Below, in pieces: positions 26,880 through 36,394 of a DNA stretch of 55,930 nt. Source of the stretch: an uncultured virus (IMG/VR IMGVR_UViG_3300037419_002203) (Duplodnaviria; Heunggongvirae; Uroviricota; Caudoviricetes); the IMG/VR virus record IMGVR_UViG_3300037419_002203, positions 62,001 to 117,930 of that record; one strand, written 5' to 3'. The position numbers and the translations under genes were made by a program. How positions within the stretch are numbered: the stretch's first letter is position 1; every line of letters begins with the position of its first letter. The notes under the pieces were generated by a model. The model was given only the letters and a program-made list of their open reading frames with translations, did not search any database and had not been told where the DNA came from.

Positions 26880-27250
26880 CCGGCACGCACACCCATCTCT
26901 ACTGCCTGAACTGCAAGGCAGTCACACAACACGACGACGCGGGCGACTTCCAGTGGTCCTGTGTGGGCTGTCAGCGTCTCATCCACGCACCGGACGGCGC
27001 CCATCTGCAGGAGGTCTTCAGCGAGGTCAAGATCGCATTGATGATCGCTTGCGAGTTGCCGATCGCACGTCGCTACGAGCGCTGCCGTCTTCAGCAGCTG
27101 AATGACCCTGACGGGATCATCGCAGTCTGGAACGACATCATGCAGCCTGTCGTGTATGTCAACCGCCTGCGAGCAGAGTTGCTGCCCGATCGTGTCCTGC
27201 ACACCCTCTTCACCAACGCGTTGATCGACATGGTCAACACCCGTCCGTGA
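26876..27250 (+). CDS. Zinc-ribbon protein
   Basis: CLNC...CVGC. Confidence 0.55.
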   Translation: MTGTHTHLYCLNCKAVTQHDDAGDFQWSCVGCQRLIHAPDGAHLQEVFSEVKIALMIACELPIARRYERCRLQQLNDPDGIIAVWNDIMQPVVYVNRLRAELLPDRVLHTLFTNALIDMVNTRP

Positions 27251-27448
27251 GCGCGGAGCAGGCACGCCGCGTCGGCGTTGGTTTGGTGGGCATCGTTGAC
27301 ACGCTCTTGGCGCTTGACGATGCCCGTTTTCTTGCCGCTCTCCAGGAACTGCCGGAGACCGCCCTAAACGGGCTGTTGACTGGTTGGAGGGGCGGTGCAT
27401 TCACCCGCCGTTACACCGATCTGGTTCTCGAAAGGAGCCCTTCCGCCC

Positions 27449-28600
27449 ATGAGCACCCCCACCATCGTTGACAACAAGGTCGAGGTCCGCGTCTGCTTCG
27501 ACACGACGGGATCTATGTCCCCGTGCATCATGCAAGTGCGGCGCGTGGCCCGCGAGATGCTGACCCGCCTTGCCAAGGACGTCCCCGGCATCCGCATGGG
27601 CATCACCGCGCACGGCGACTACTGCGACGATCCGGCGAGCGCCAGCGGTTACTACAGCCGTGGCAGCTACGTCACCAAGCACTCCGCCATGACCAGCGAC
27701 ATCAACTCGATCGTCAGCTTCATCGACAACGTGGGCAACACCGGCGGCGGTGACTCCGACGAGTGCTACGAGCTGGTGCTGAAGGAAGTCCAGGACCCCG
27801 CGATGGGCTGGACGCCTGGCTACAAGCACATCCTCGTCATGATCGGCGACGCCGAGCCGCACGAGCCGGGTTACCGCTACGGTGGCAAGACCTACGACAT
27901 CAACTGGCGCCACGAGGCCAAGAAGCTGGCCGACCAGGGCGTCAAGATCTACTCCGTCCAGGCGATGAGCTACAGCCGCTCGCGCAACTTCTGGTCGGAG
28001 ATCGCGAAGATCGGTGGCGGCCACCACATCACGCTGGACCAGTTCGCCTACATCACGGACATGTTGCTCGCGATCTGCTACCAGCAGCAAGGCCCCGAGG
28101 CGCTCTCCAAGTTCGAGACCGAGCTGCGTACGGCGGGTCGCTTGGGTCGCAACATGGCCACCGCGATCGGCACGCTCGCCGGGCGGTCGGTCGAGGCCAT
28201 CAAGGAAGCCACCACCAAGACCTTCGGCGATCCCGGTAAGCTGCGTGCTTGCGACCCCAGCCGCTTCCAGGCGTTGGAGATCGACGCGGATGTCCGCATC
28301 GACCAGTTCGTCGAGGGCAACGGCATCCCGTTCATCAAGGGCCGCGGCTTCTACGAGTTCATGAAGCGCGAGGAGATCCAGTCCTACAAGGAAGTCATCC
28401 TGATGGACAAGGCGTCCGGCGACCTCTTCGAGGGCGACGTGGCGCGCGAGATGCTGGGCCTCCCCAAGGACAAGACCGTCAAGCTCAGCCCGAAGGAAGT
28501 GGACCTGGGCAAGTACACGGCCTACATCCAGTCGACCAGCTACAACCGCAAGCTGATTGGCGGGACAAAGTTCCTGTACGAGGTTGACCGCACGCGCTAA
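27449..28600 (+). CDS. von Willebrand factor A (vWA) domain protein
   Basis: MIDAS DTTGSM; HGDYCD; GGGD..ECYE; MIGDA.PH. Confidence 0.88.
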   Translation: MSTPTIVDNKVEVRVCFDTTGSMSPCIMQVRRVAREMLTRLAKDVPGIRMGITAHGDYCDDPASASGYYSRGSYVTKHSAMTSDINSIVSFIDNVGNTGGGDSDECYELVLKEVQDPAMGWTPGYKHILVMIGDAEPHEPGYRYGGKTYDINWRHEAKKLADQGVKIYSVQAMSYSRSRNFWSEIAKIGGGHHITLDQFAYITDMLLAICYQQQGPEALSKFETELRTAGRLGRNMATAIGTLAGRSVEAIKEATTKTFGDPGKLRACDPSRFQALEIDADVRIDQFVEGNGIPFIKGRGFYEFMKREEIQSYKEVILMDKASGDLFEGDVAREMLGLPKDKTVKLSPKEVDLGKYTAYIQSTSYNRKLIGGTKFLYEVDRTR

Positions 28601-28609
28601 GCGTCACCA

Positions 28610-28643
28610 ACGTGTCGGCGGAGAGGCTTCTCCGTCGACACGT
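28610..28643 (+). other. 15-bp stem-loop after the vWA gene
   Basis: ACGTGTCGGCGGAGA-GGCT-TCTCCGTCGACACGT. Confidence 0.65.
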
Positions 28644-28687
28644 CCACACATCTTGTCGATCCCATCGACACGCCGAAAGGAGCCACC

Positions 28688-28981
28688 ATGCGATTAGGAG
28701 ATACGACGGGTTCCAAGCCTGTCTACGTACACGATTGCAAACGTTGCGTCTACTTGGGTACCACACTGGTCCCACCCAACAAAAGCGGCAAGGAAGGCTA
28801 CACACCTGCCGACTGGTATGGCTGCAACAACCACGACAACGCGATCATCATCACGCGCCACAGCAGCGAGCCCAGCGACAACCGGACGATCGATGCCCGT
28901 GACATCGGCCCCGCCTACGACTCGTTCAGCATGCTGCGGGCAGGTTTCGCGGCGCTGTACGCCGAACTGCGGGCATCCTAG
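28688..28981 (+). CDS. Hypothetical protein
   Basis: Start-associated motif; HDCKRC. Confidence 0.65.
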   Translation: MRLGDTTGSKPVYVHDCKRCVYLGTTLVPPNKSGKEGYTPADWYGCNNHDNAIIITRHSSEPSDNRTIDARDIGPAYDSFSMLRAGFAALYAELRAS

Positions 28982-29093
28982 ATGCCCGGCCGCAGTCTGG
29001 AAGACATGGAAGAGCGCGCTCATGATGGGTACGCCGATCCCGAGGATGTTCTGACCCTGGTGGGCTGGATTCGCCAGCTCACGAAGCCGAAGG

Positions 29094-29582
29094 ATGATGC
29101 CCATGCAAGCGACGATTAACAAGCGCACGCCCTTGGTTCGGGTTCACATGGTACGCGAAACCATGGTAGAGTACCCCATCGGCGAGCTGATGTCCGGTCC
29201 TCGCTACATCGGTCACGCTGCAAAGGTCATCCTCGACACCTACGACCGAGAAGCCTTCTTGGTTGCACACCTCAACGCCAAGCACAAGCTCATCTCGATG
29301 GAGGTGGTCGCGGTCGGCACCATCAATGCCACCCTGGTCCATCCTCGCGAGGTGTTCAAGGGAGCCGTGCTCGCCAATGCGGTCTCGGTCTGCCTGGTGC
29401 ACAATCACCCCTCCGGTGATCCCACACCCAGCGCTGACGACATCGCACTCACAAAACAGCTCCTGGAAGCCGGGGAGATCCTGGGTATCCGGGTCCTCGA
29501 TCACCTCGTGTTGGGGTACGACCGTTCGGTCAGCCTCCGCGAAAACACCTCGCTGTGGCGAGAGCAATCCTTCCACCGCTAG
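29094..29582 (+). CDS. radC: RadC-like JAB domain protein
   Basis: VHPREVFK...HNHPSGDPTPSADD...VLDHLV. Confidence 0.92.
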   Translation: MMPMQATINKRTPLVRVHMVRETMVEYPIGELMSGPRYIGHAAKVILDTYDREAFLVAHLNAKHKLISMEVVAVGTINATLVHPREVFKGAVLANAVSVCLVHNHPSGDPTPSADDIALTKQLLEAGEILGIRVLDHLVLGYDRSVSLRENTSLWREQSFHR

Positions 29583-29592
29583 GAGGTAGCCC

Positions 29593-30033
29593 ATGCAACT
29601 CGAACGCGTGAACATGTGGGACAGGCACCAGTGGGCGGGCGTCTACGTTGCCACCACGACCAACAGCATGATCAAGGCCAATGGTCGGGCGGCCATGGGC
29701 AAGGGCAACGCACTCGAAGCTTCCCAGCGCTTCCCCAAACTCGCCACCGGGCTGGCCGAATTGCTCAAGCTGCGGGGCAACCACGTCTTCTACTTCCCGG
29801 ACTACAAGCTCTTCACCTTCCCCACGAAGCACAACAACCCGTGGGCCAATTCGGACCTCGCGCTCATCGAGCAGTCCGCTCAAGAGCTGCGTATGTTCCT
29901 GGATGCCTACTCCCAGGTCAAGACCGTCTACCTACCCCAGCCGGGGTGTGGCAACGGTCGCCTCGACTGGAAGGACGTCGAACCCGTCCTGGATCGCCAC
30001 CTCGATGACCGCGTGATCGTGGTCTACCAGTAA
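29593..30033 (+). CDS. Macro domain (ADP-ribose-binding/processing) protein
   Basis: TTN...AAMGKGNA...FTFPTK...LPQPGCGNGRLDW. Confidence 0.8.
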   Translation: MQLERVNMWDRHQWAGVYVATTTNSMIKANGRAAMGKGNALEASQRFPKLATGLAELLKLRGNHVFYFPDYKLFTFPTKHNNPWANSDLALIEQSAQELRMFLDAYSQVKTVYLPQPGCGNGRLDWKDVEPVLDRHLDDRVIVVYQ

Positions 30034-30061
30034 CCCTCCCTCTGCTGAAAGGAGCCTCATC

Positions 30062-32116
30062 ATGGCCTCGATCTCCACGTCCCTGGACTTCCTGCCCTTC
30101 AAGCTCGCGGTCGCCGCCCAGTTCAAGAAGATGCAGGCGCACCCGATGCTCCGCATGACCGCCACCAAGGATGGCATGTGGGAGACCTACCTGGGCAGCT
30201 TCCCCGTGGGCACCGACCCGATCTTCCGCGAGCGCACGGAGCACAACTGCAACTGCTGCCGCTCGTTCATCCGCCACATCGGCAACACCGTCGCCATCGT
30301 CGACGGTCAGCTCGTCTCGATCTGGGACAACCTCCAGAGCATCGACCCCGCCTACGCGACGGTCGCCGCCGCGATGTCGGCGTACGTGAAGGCCCAGGCG
30401 ATCGACAACCTGTTCCTGCACAACGAGCACCGCATCGGCACGGACAAGAACTTCGAGCAGATCATGAACTCCGCGAAGGAGTGGCAGCACTTCTACGTGG
30501 ACCTGCCGAAGGAGCTGGTCGTGGAGAAGGGCAAGACTGTCGAGGCGGCGCTGTCCGACCCGCGTGCCACCCACGACGTCATGCTGCGCGGCTTGAAGGA
30601 GCTGACCATGGACGCCGTGGACACGGTCCTGCAGCTGATGGCGCAGGGCTCGCTGTACCGTGGCGACGAGTTCAAGTGGGCGGTCGCCGAGTTCAAGAAG
30701 CTCAAGACCGACTTCGACAAGCTCACCACGGACCTGGATCGCGAGATCTTCGTCTGGTCGCGCGTCAAGAGCGTCAACCAGGCGGTCTCGCGCATCCGTA
30801 ACTCCGCGATCGGCACCTTGCTCGTGGACCTGTCGGAGAACCCCGGTCTCCTGGAAGAGGCGGTGGGCTGCTACGAAGCCAAGGTTGCCCCGGTGAACTA
30901 CAAGCGCACCACCGCGCTCGTGACGCCCAAGATGCTGGAGTTGGCGAAGCAGGAGATCGAGAAGTTGGGCCTCATGTCCGCTTTGGATCGCCGCTTCGCG
31001 CACTTGGAGGACATCACGATCAACAACGTGCTGTTCGCCGACCGCTCCAGCAAGGCCAAGATGGCGGGCAACATCTTCGACGAGCTGGCCGCCAAGGCGA
31101 ACACCACGCCGAAGAACCTCGACAAGGTCGAGGAGGTCACGATCGAGAAGTTCATGACCGACATCCTGCCCACGGCGCAGTCCCTGGAGATCATGGTGGA
31201 GAACCGCCATGTGCCCAACCTGATGACGCTGATCACCGCCGCCAACCCGACGGCCGGTCAGCTCTTCAAGTGGGGCAACAACTTCTCCTGGGACTACAAC
31301 GGTGGCGTCACCGACGCCATCAAGGAGCGCGTCAAGAAGGCGGGCGGCAACGTCGAGGGCGAGCTGTCCTGCCGCCTGGCGTGGAGCAACACGGACGACC
31401 TGGACTTCCACATGATCGAGCCGGGCGGCTACGAGATCGCGTTCCCCAACAAGGGTCGCAAGTCCCCTAACGGGGGCATGCTCGACGTCGACATGAACGT
31501 GTCCGGCGAGAGCACGACCCCGGTGGAGAACATCTTCTACACCAACCGGAACCAGATGCGCGAAGGCGTCTACACGCTCAACGTGCACCAGTACACCCTC
31601 CGCAACCCGAACAAGAACGTCGGCTTCCAGGTGGACATCGACTTCTTGGGGACGGTCCACAGCTTCGTGTACCCCAAGACGGTACGCCAAGGCGAGACCA
31701 TCACCGTGGCGCGGATCGAGTACAGCAAGAAGGACGGCGTGAAGTTCCTGCCGGGTGGTCTGGACTCCAGCCAGGCGACCAAGACGGTCTGGAACGTGCC
31801 GACCCAGACCTTCCAGAAGGTCAACGTCGTGTCGCTCTCGCCCAACCACTGGGACGGCGAGGGCATCGGGGCCAAGCACTACTTCTTCTTCATCGATGGT
31901 TGCCTCCACGAGGGCGACGCGCGGGGCGTCTACAACGAGTTCTTGAAGAACGAGTTCACGCCGCACCGCAAGGCGTTCGACCTGGTGGGCTCGAAGATGG
32001 TGACCGGCCAGTCCGATCGCCAGCTCTCCGGCCTGGGCTTCTCCAGCACCGTGCGCAACGACGTGCTCGTGCGCGTCGGCGGCGTGTTCACCCGGACCCT
32101 CAAGGTCACCTTCTAG
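30062..32116 (+). CDS. Large conserved phage protein with YfaP/DUF2135-like C-terminal domain
   Basis: HNCNCC near N-terminus; LAWSNTDDLDFH...GGMLDVDMN. Confidence 0.7.
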   Translation: MASISTSLDFLPFKLAVAAQFKKMQAHPMLRMTATKDGMWETYLGSFPVGTDPIFRERTEHNCNCCRSFIRHIGNTVAIVDGQLVSIWDNLQSIDPAYATVAAAMSAYVKAQAIDNLFLHNEHRIGTDKNFEQIMNSAKEWQHFYVDLPKELVVEKGKTVEAALSDPRATHDVMLRGLKELTMDAVDTVLQLMAQGSLYRGDEFKWAVAEFKKLKTDFDKLTTDLDREIFVWSRVKSVNQAVSRIRNSAIGTLLVDLSENPGLLEEAVGCYEAKVAPVNYKRTTALVTPKMLELAKQEIEKLGLMSALDRRFAHLEDITINNVLFADRSSKAKMAGNIFDELAAKANTTPKNLDKVEEVTIEKFMTDILPTAQSLEIMVENRHVPNLMTLITAANPTAGQLFKWGNNFSWDYNGGVTDAIKERVKKAGGNVEGELSCRLAWSNTDDLDFHMIEPGGYEIAFPNKGRKSPNGGMLDVDMNVSGESTTPVENIFYTNRNQMREGVYTLNVHQYTLRNPNKNVGFQVDIDFLGTVHSFVYPKTVRQGETITVARIEYSKKDGVKFLPGGLDSSQATKTVWNVPTQTFQKVNVVSLSPNHWDGEGIGAKHYFFFIDGCLHEGDARGVYNEFLKNEFTPHRKAFDLVGSKMVTGQSDRQLSGLGFSSTVRNDVLVRVGGVFTRTLKVTF

Positions 32117-32313
32117 GAGAATGTCATGAGTGAGATCAACTTCCTGCTCACGGCGCACATCGAAGGTGACGTCGAGGACATTCCTACCTTGAAGGAGAAC
32201 ATCTTGGCAGCGTTGGAGCGGACCCGCTCCAACGATGGCATCTCCTCCGATAAGGAAGCCCATGGCTACGTCATGGGCTTCAGCGCCCGACACATCGACA
32301 CGTAGGAGAATCC

Positions 32314-32721
32314 ATGGCTCAGACCATCATCCCGGCGGGGTACCGCATCCACGTCACGTCGTGGGAGAACGACGCTGACAACTACCAAACCAAGACGCTC
32401 GAAGGGGTTGTGAAGGAGCACATCCCCTTCATCTTGGCTGCTTGTGATCTGCTGGACGACTCCTGCAACAACAGCAGCAAGTTTGGCAACATCTACGAGG
32501 GCAGCCTCGACGGGTTGCGCGAAGCTCTCGACGACCTCCTCAAGGAGTACCCCGACCGCCCAGCGGGGTGCGACTCTGGTGAAGCCATTGTCGAGGGTCT
32601 GTTGAGCAGCCTGGGACTCACCTACACAGGTGAGTTCACGACCCGTGTCTTCGATAACGTCAAGATCGAGTACGTTCCCCAGGAGATCCTCCTGGAAGAC
32701 GTCACCTCCCAGTTCATCTAA
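32314..32721 (+). CDS. Hypothetical phage protein
   Basis: AGGAG SD; IPAGY...SWENDADNY. Confidence 0.7.
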   Translation: MAQTIIPAGYRIHVTSWENDADNYQTKTLEGVVKEHIPFILAACDLLDDSCNNSSKFGNIYEGSLDGLREALDDLLKEYPDRPAGCDSGEAIVEGLLSSLGLTYTGEFTTRVFDNVKIEYVPQEILLEDVTSQFI

Positions 32722-32758
32722 TCCCCACCCCACGATCAGAAAGGATCGGTTCAACACC

Positions 32759-33181
32759 ATGGCCAACGAGAACATCTTCGAGCAGGCGTCCCGCATCAAG
32801 CTGCGTTTCGCCACGTCCAGCGCCAAGGGCTCTGGCGTCGTCTCCGTCGAGGACTTGTGGGATCTGCCCCTCAAGTCCGAGGCGGGTCGCCCCAACCTCT
32901 ACGACATCGCCACCGCGCTGAACAAGCAGGTGCAGTCGGTGGGCGACGTGCCCGCCTTCCTGCAGGACGAAGCCAAGCCCGCCGACACCCAGGCGGCGCT
33001 GGCGCTGGACATCATCAAGCGCGTCATCGAGGTCCGCAAGGCCGAGGCGCTGGAGCGCAGCCAGGCTGCCGACAAGGCGGCCCAGAAGCAGAAGATCCTG
33101 GCGCTCATCAACGAGAAGGACGACGAGTCCCTCAAGACGAAGAGCAAGGAAGAGCTGATGCTGGAGCTGGCGAAGCTCTAG
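32759..33181 (+). CDS. Conserved phage coiled-coil protein
   Basis: IFEQASR.KLRF...SVEDLWDLPL; highly biased codons. Confidence 0.75.
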   Translation: MANENIFEQASRIKLRFATSSAKGSGVVSVEDLWDLPLKSEAGRPNLYDIATALNKQVQSVGDVPAFLQDEAKPADTQAALALDIIKRVIEVRKAEALERSQAADKAAQKQKILALINEKDDESLKTKSKEELMLELAKL

Positions 33182-33188
33182 TCCGGTT

Positions 33189-33216
33189 GGGGCGGATGGC
33201 TTCGGCTGTCCGCCCC
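33189..33216 (+). other. cUUCGg-capped stem-loop
   Basis: GGGGCGGATGGC-TTCG-GCTGTCCGCCCC. Confidence 0.7.
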
Positions 33217-33241
33217 GCTTCATGTAGAAAGGAGCCGCCCC

Positions 33242-33463
33242 GTGGACGTCGCCAAAGACTTTGCTCGTGCCAAGAGGCACTTGCAGGAAGCTTACAAACA
33301 AGTCATCCAGGACTGCCAGGCCAACTTGGAACGGCTGGAGTCTGCGCCTAAAGGTGACAAGCGTCCGTGGGATCTGATCCCGTTGGAGGGTAAGATCGGC
33401 AACGTGATCGTCTGTCAAGCCAAGTACCAGATTCTGGCAGAGGTCTCTACTACCAAGAACTAG
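33242..33463 (+). CDS. Hypothetical protein
   Basis: AGAAAGGAG SD. Confidence 0.6.
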   Translation: MDVAKDFARAKRHLQEAYKQVIQDCQANLERLESAPKGDKRPWDLIPLEGKIGNVIVCQAKYQILAEVSTTKN

Positions 33464-33480
33464 CCGAAAGGAGCCGCCCC

Positions 33481-33684
33481 GTGGGTCTTTATCAATCCTT
33501 GTTCTTCAAGTCGTGGTCTGTGGTCGTGAAAGACGTCCGCGAGGCCAGCCAACCCCACATGCCGACCCACACGTTGCGGCGGATCGTTACCGCCAACACA
33601 GCCGAGGCGGCCATCGACAAAATGAAGCAGTACCTCACCAACGAGGGCTTCATGTTCGGTGTTGTCACGGCAGAGCTGGGCTAA
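33481..33684 (+). CDS. Hypothetical protein
   Basis: Start-associated motif and GTG. Confidence 0.6.
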   Translation: MGLYQSLFFKSWSVVVKDVREASQPHMPTHTLRRIVTANTAEAAIDKMKQYLTNEGFMFGVVTAELG

Positions 33685-33868
33685 CCATGCGTCCCAGCGA
33701 ACTAAGAGACATGCAGGACTACCTGCAGATCGCGGTCGATGTACCGCTACCCGCTCGTGACGCCATGTACCGCCTCATCGATGAGGTGAAGCGTTTGGCG
33801 AACCGCCTGGCAAAAGTCCAAGGACTGCCAGAGCTACCCTATCCACCCAACAGCTGAAGGAGACTCCC

Positions 33869-34597
33869 GTGAGCAAGCCCATGATCAACCTCAAGAAGAC
33901 CGAGGTTGAAGACCTTCGCAAGTTCTCCGTCGAACCTGTTCTCACCAACATGAAGGTGCTGGACGTAGTGTGCAACGTCGTGTTGGTGTTGGACGACTCC
34001 GGCTCGATGGAGCACGAGTACGAAGAGGGCCACGTCCAGCTCGTCGCCGAGCGTGCGCTCGCCCTGGCCATGGTCTGGGACGCCGACCAGAAGGTCGACA
34101 TCTTCACCCTCAACCGCGGCTTCATCGGCACGATGTCCCCCGACTCGTTCAAGGGCTGGGTCGGTCGCAATATCCGTGCATTCGGCGGGACCCCGTACTC
34201 GACCGTCATCCGCCAGATCGTGGAGCGCTACGGTCAAGTCTTCCTAAAGGGCTTCTTCGCCAAGTTGCGCACCCTCTTCGGCGCCAAGGAAGCTCCCGTA
34301 CTCCCCACCTACGTCCTCTTCGTGACGGACGGTGACTGTACCGACCAACCCGAAACGACCTCGATGATCGCCCAGCTCATTGGCGGTCCCATCTTCATCC
34401 AGTTCGTGGGCTTGGGTGAAACCACCTTCTCGTACCTCAAGACCATGGACCGCCGCAACACCAGCTTCTTCATCCTCCCCTGCGAGGAAGAAGACGCGGT
34501 CGTGGACGATGGCTGGCTCTACCAGAACCTCGCCCGCGGCTTCAGCAACTGGCTGAAGAACCGTCAGGGCACGGGCAGTGTGGTCGGGAAGGACTAA
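33869..34597 (+). CDS. vWA protein, TerF-like vWA family
   Basis: LVLDDSGSM...GGTPY...YVLFVTDG...PIFIQFVGLG. Confidence 0.8.
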   Translation: MSKPMINLKKTEVEDLRKFSVEPVLTNMKVLDVVCNVVLVLDDSGSMEHEYEEGHVQLVAERALALAMVWDADQKVDIFTLNRGFIGTMSPDSFKGWVGRNIRAFGGTPYSTVIRQIVERYGQVFLKGFFAKLRTLFGAKEAPVLPTYVLFVTDGDCTDQPETTSMIAQLIGGPIFIQFVGLGETTFSYLKTMDRRNTSFFILPCEEEDAVVDDGWLYQNLARGFSNWLKNRQGTGSVVGKD

Positions 34598-34600
34598 CCG

Positions 34601-35053
34601 ATGTCCGACCTGTCCCCCTCCTTGAACAACGTTCCTGCGGGTGGTGACGCACCCGCGCTGGGTTTCCGTCCGACCGATCTGCCCAAGCTGTGGGCGGAGG
34701 GTGACGAGCTACCGCACCGCGACGTCAAGCGGAGTCATCGTGACCCCGAACCCGAACCGAAGGTTGGCATGGGTGTCACAATGGGCTACGGTTCCGACTG
34801 TTATCCCGGCACGATCGTCAAGGTGTCGCCGTCCGGCCACGCCGTCTGGGTGGTGGACGACCGGCACACCTATACGGGTCCGCCGCGGCCCTACGGCGAT
34901 CCCGGCAAGGACGAGGACTGGCACTACTTCCGCACCGCCGACAACGAGGGCAAGAAGGCCACCCGTCGCCAGAATGGACGCTACGCGTTCGTGGGCAGTC
35001 ACCAAGCTCTCAACTTGGGTGCCCGCCGCTACTACCAAGATCCCCACTTCTAG
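34601..35053 (+). CDS. Hypothetical phage protein
   Basis: PKVGMGVT...SDCYP...YYQDPHF. Confidence 0.7.
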   Translation: MSDLSPSLNNVPAGGDAPALGFRPTDLPKLWAEGDELPHRDVKRSHRDPEPEPKVGMGVTMGYGSDCYPGTIVKVSPSGHAVWVVDDRHTYTGPPRPYGDPGKDEDWHYFRTADNEGKKATRRQNGRYAFVGSHQALNLGARRYYQDPHF

Positions 35054-35067
35054 CCGAAGGAGCTACC

Positions 35068-35469
35068 ATGTCCACCAAGACCGTTACCGTCAGGGAAACT
35101 TACGTTGCCCGCTTCTTTACGGAGACCACTCGCACCGAGGTCGAGGGCCGCGACGTAGCTGCTGCCGTAGCTGCCTTGCAGCCCTACGAGATGGGCTTCT
35201 CGTTCTTCGACCAGCAGGTGGAGACCCACAAGACCACCTGGGGCGAAGAGAAGACGGACTATGGTCCCAGGCTCGATGAAACCGGCATCTACTACCCTGG
35301 CGGCACCCTCTACATGCGAGATCAAGTGCTCGATCCCACCGGTGAATTTGCTGGTGAGAGCTTCGACATCTTGCGTAGCAACGTCGAAAACAACAACGTC
35401 CAGGCACTCGTCAAGACGCGCTCTGGCAACCTCATCCAGTTCCACCCCGATCGCGACCACATCATCTAG
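35068..35469 (+). CDS. Hypothetical protein
   Basis: Motif variant and ATG. Confidence 0.7.
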   Translation: MSTKTVTVRETYVARFFTETTRTEVEGRDVAAAVAALQPYEMGFSFFDQQVETHKTTWGEEKTDYGPRLDETGIYYPGGTLYMRDQVLDPTGEFAGESFDILRSNVENNNVQALVKTRSGNLIQFHPDRDHII

Positions 35470-35483
35470 CCGAAGGAGCAACT

Positions 35484-35762
35484 ATGTCCTACCAACCGCC
35501 CCACAAGCGAGGTACCCACAGGTTCGACCGTCCCCGCTGCGTCGCGTGCAACGGTTCCGGTTATGCCGAGTTCCCACGCGCCGTCGAGCGGGTCGAGGTG
35601 ATGTTGGGTGACAGTGGTCTCTCCGTCACGCGCACCGTCTACGAGGGCGTGCGTCAGATCGGCACGGGCGCCTACATCAAGTTCAGCGGCAAGCACGTCG
35701 CCGTGAAGAAGGTGGACGGCAAGTGGGTTACCGAAAACCCGGAAGAGGCGGTGGTCAGGTGA
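35484..35762 (+). CDS. Hypothetical protein
   Basis: Motif variant and ATG. Confidence 0.65.
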   Translation: MSYQPPHKRGTHRFDRPRCVACNGSGYAEFPRAVERVEVMLGDSGLSVTRTVYEGVRQIGTGAYIKFSGKHVAVKKVDGKWVTENPEEAVVR

Positions 35763-36385
35763 GTCGCGCGTTCCTGAACAACGAGATCTACATCAGCGTC
35801 GATGTCGAGACCGACGGCCCCATCCCCGGCCCCAACTCGATGTTGTCGCTGGGCGCCGCCGCGTATCGGATCGAGATCGTCAATGGCAAACTCGTGCCCG
35901 TGCTGCTGGACACCTTCAGCATGAACATCGAGCAGCTGTGGGATGCCAAGCCCGATCCCGAGACCGAAGCCTGGTGGAAGACCCAGCCTGCTGCTTGGGA
36001 AGCTTGTCGCAAGGATCTACAGAAGCCTGGTATCGTCATGAAGCTGTTCAGCCAGTGGGTCGAAGAGACCTCGAAGGAAGCTAATGCGAAGCCCGTCTTC
36101 GTGGGCTACCCTGCGGGCTTCGACTTCCTCTTCGTCTACTGGTACCTGATCCGCTTCGTGGGTAAGAGCCCCTTCTCGTTCTCCGCGCTGGACGTCAAGA
36201 CGTTCGCCATGGCCGTGTTGGGCACCGAGTACCGCAACTCGACGAAGCGCAACATGCCCAAGGGATGGTTCCCCAAGGTCCGCCACAACCACATTGCGGT
36301 CGATGATGCCGCGGAGCAGGGCGAGTTGTTCTGCAACATGTTCATCGACAACTACCGCCGCCGTAAGCCCAACACGACCCTTTAG
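35759..36385 (+). CDS. DEDDh 3'-5' exonuclease (Rv2179c-like exoribonuclease)
   Basis: SVDVETDG...AGFD...HIAVDDA. Confidence 0.85.
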   Translation: MSRAFLNNEIYISVDVETDGPIPGPNSMLSLGAAAYRIEIVNGKLVPVLLDTFSMNIEQLWDAKPDPETEAWWKTQPAAWEACRKDLQKPGIVMKLFSQWVEETSKEANAKPVFVGYPAGFDFLFVYWYLIRFVGKSPFSFSALDVKTFAMAVLGTEYRNSTKRNMPKGWFPKVRHNHIAVDDAAEQGELFCNMFIDNYRRRKPNTTL

Positions 36386-36394
36386 GAGGTCTCC

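Noticed and set aside
29918..32293. Long minus-strand ORFs (791 aa here; also 43502-45352, 45356-46741, 48142-49677)
   Set aside because: Antisense shadows of GC3-biased plus-strand genes; no motifs or RBS, and the plus frames carry recognisable domains.
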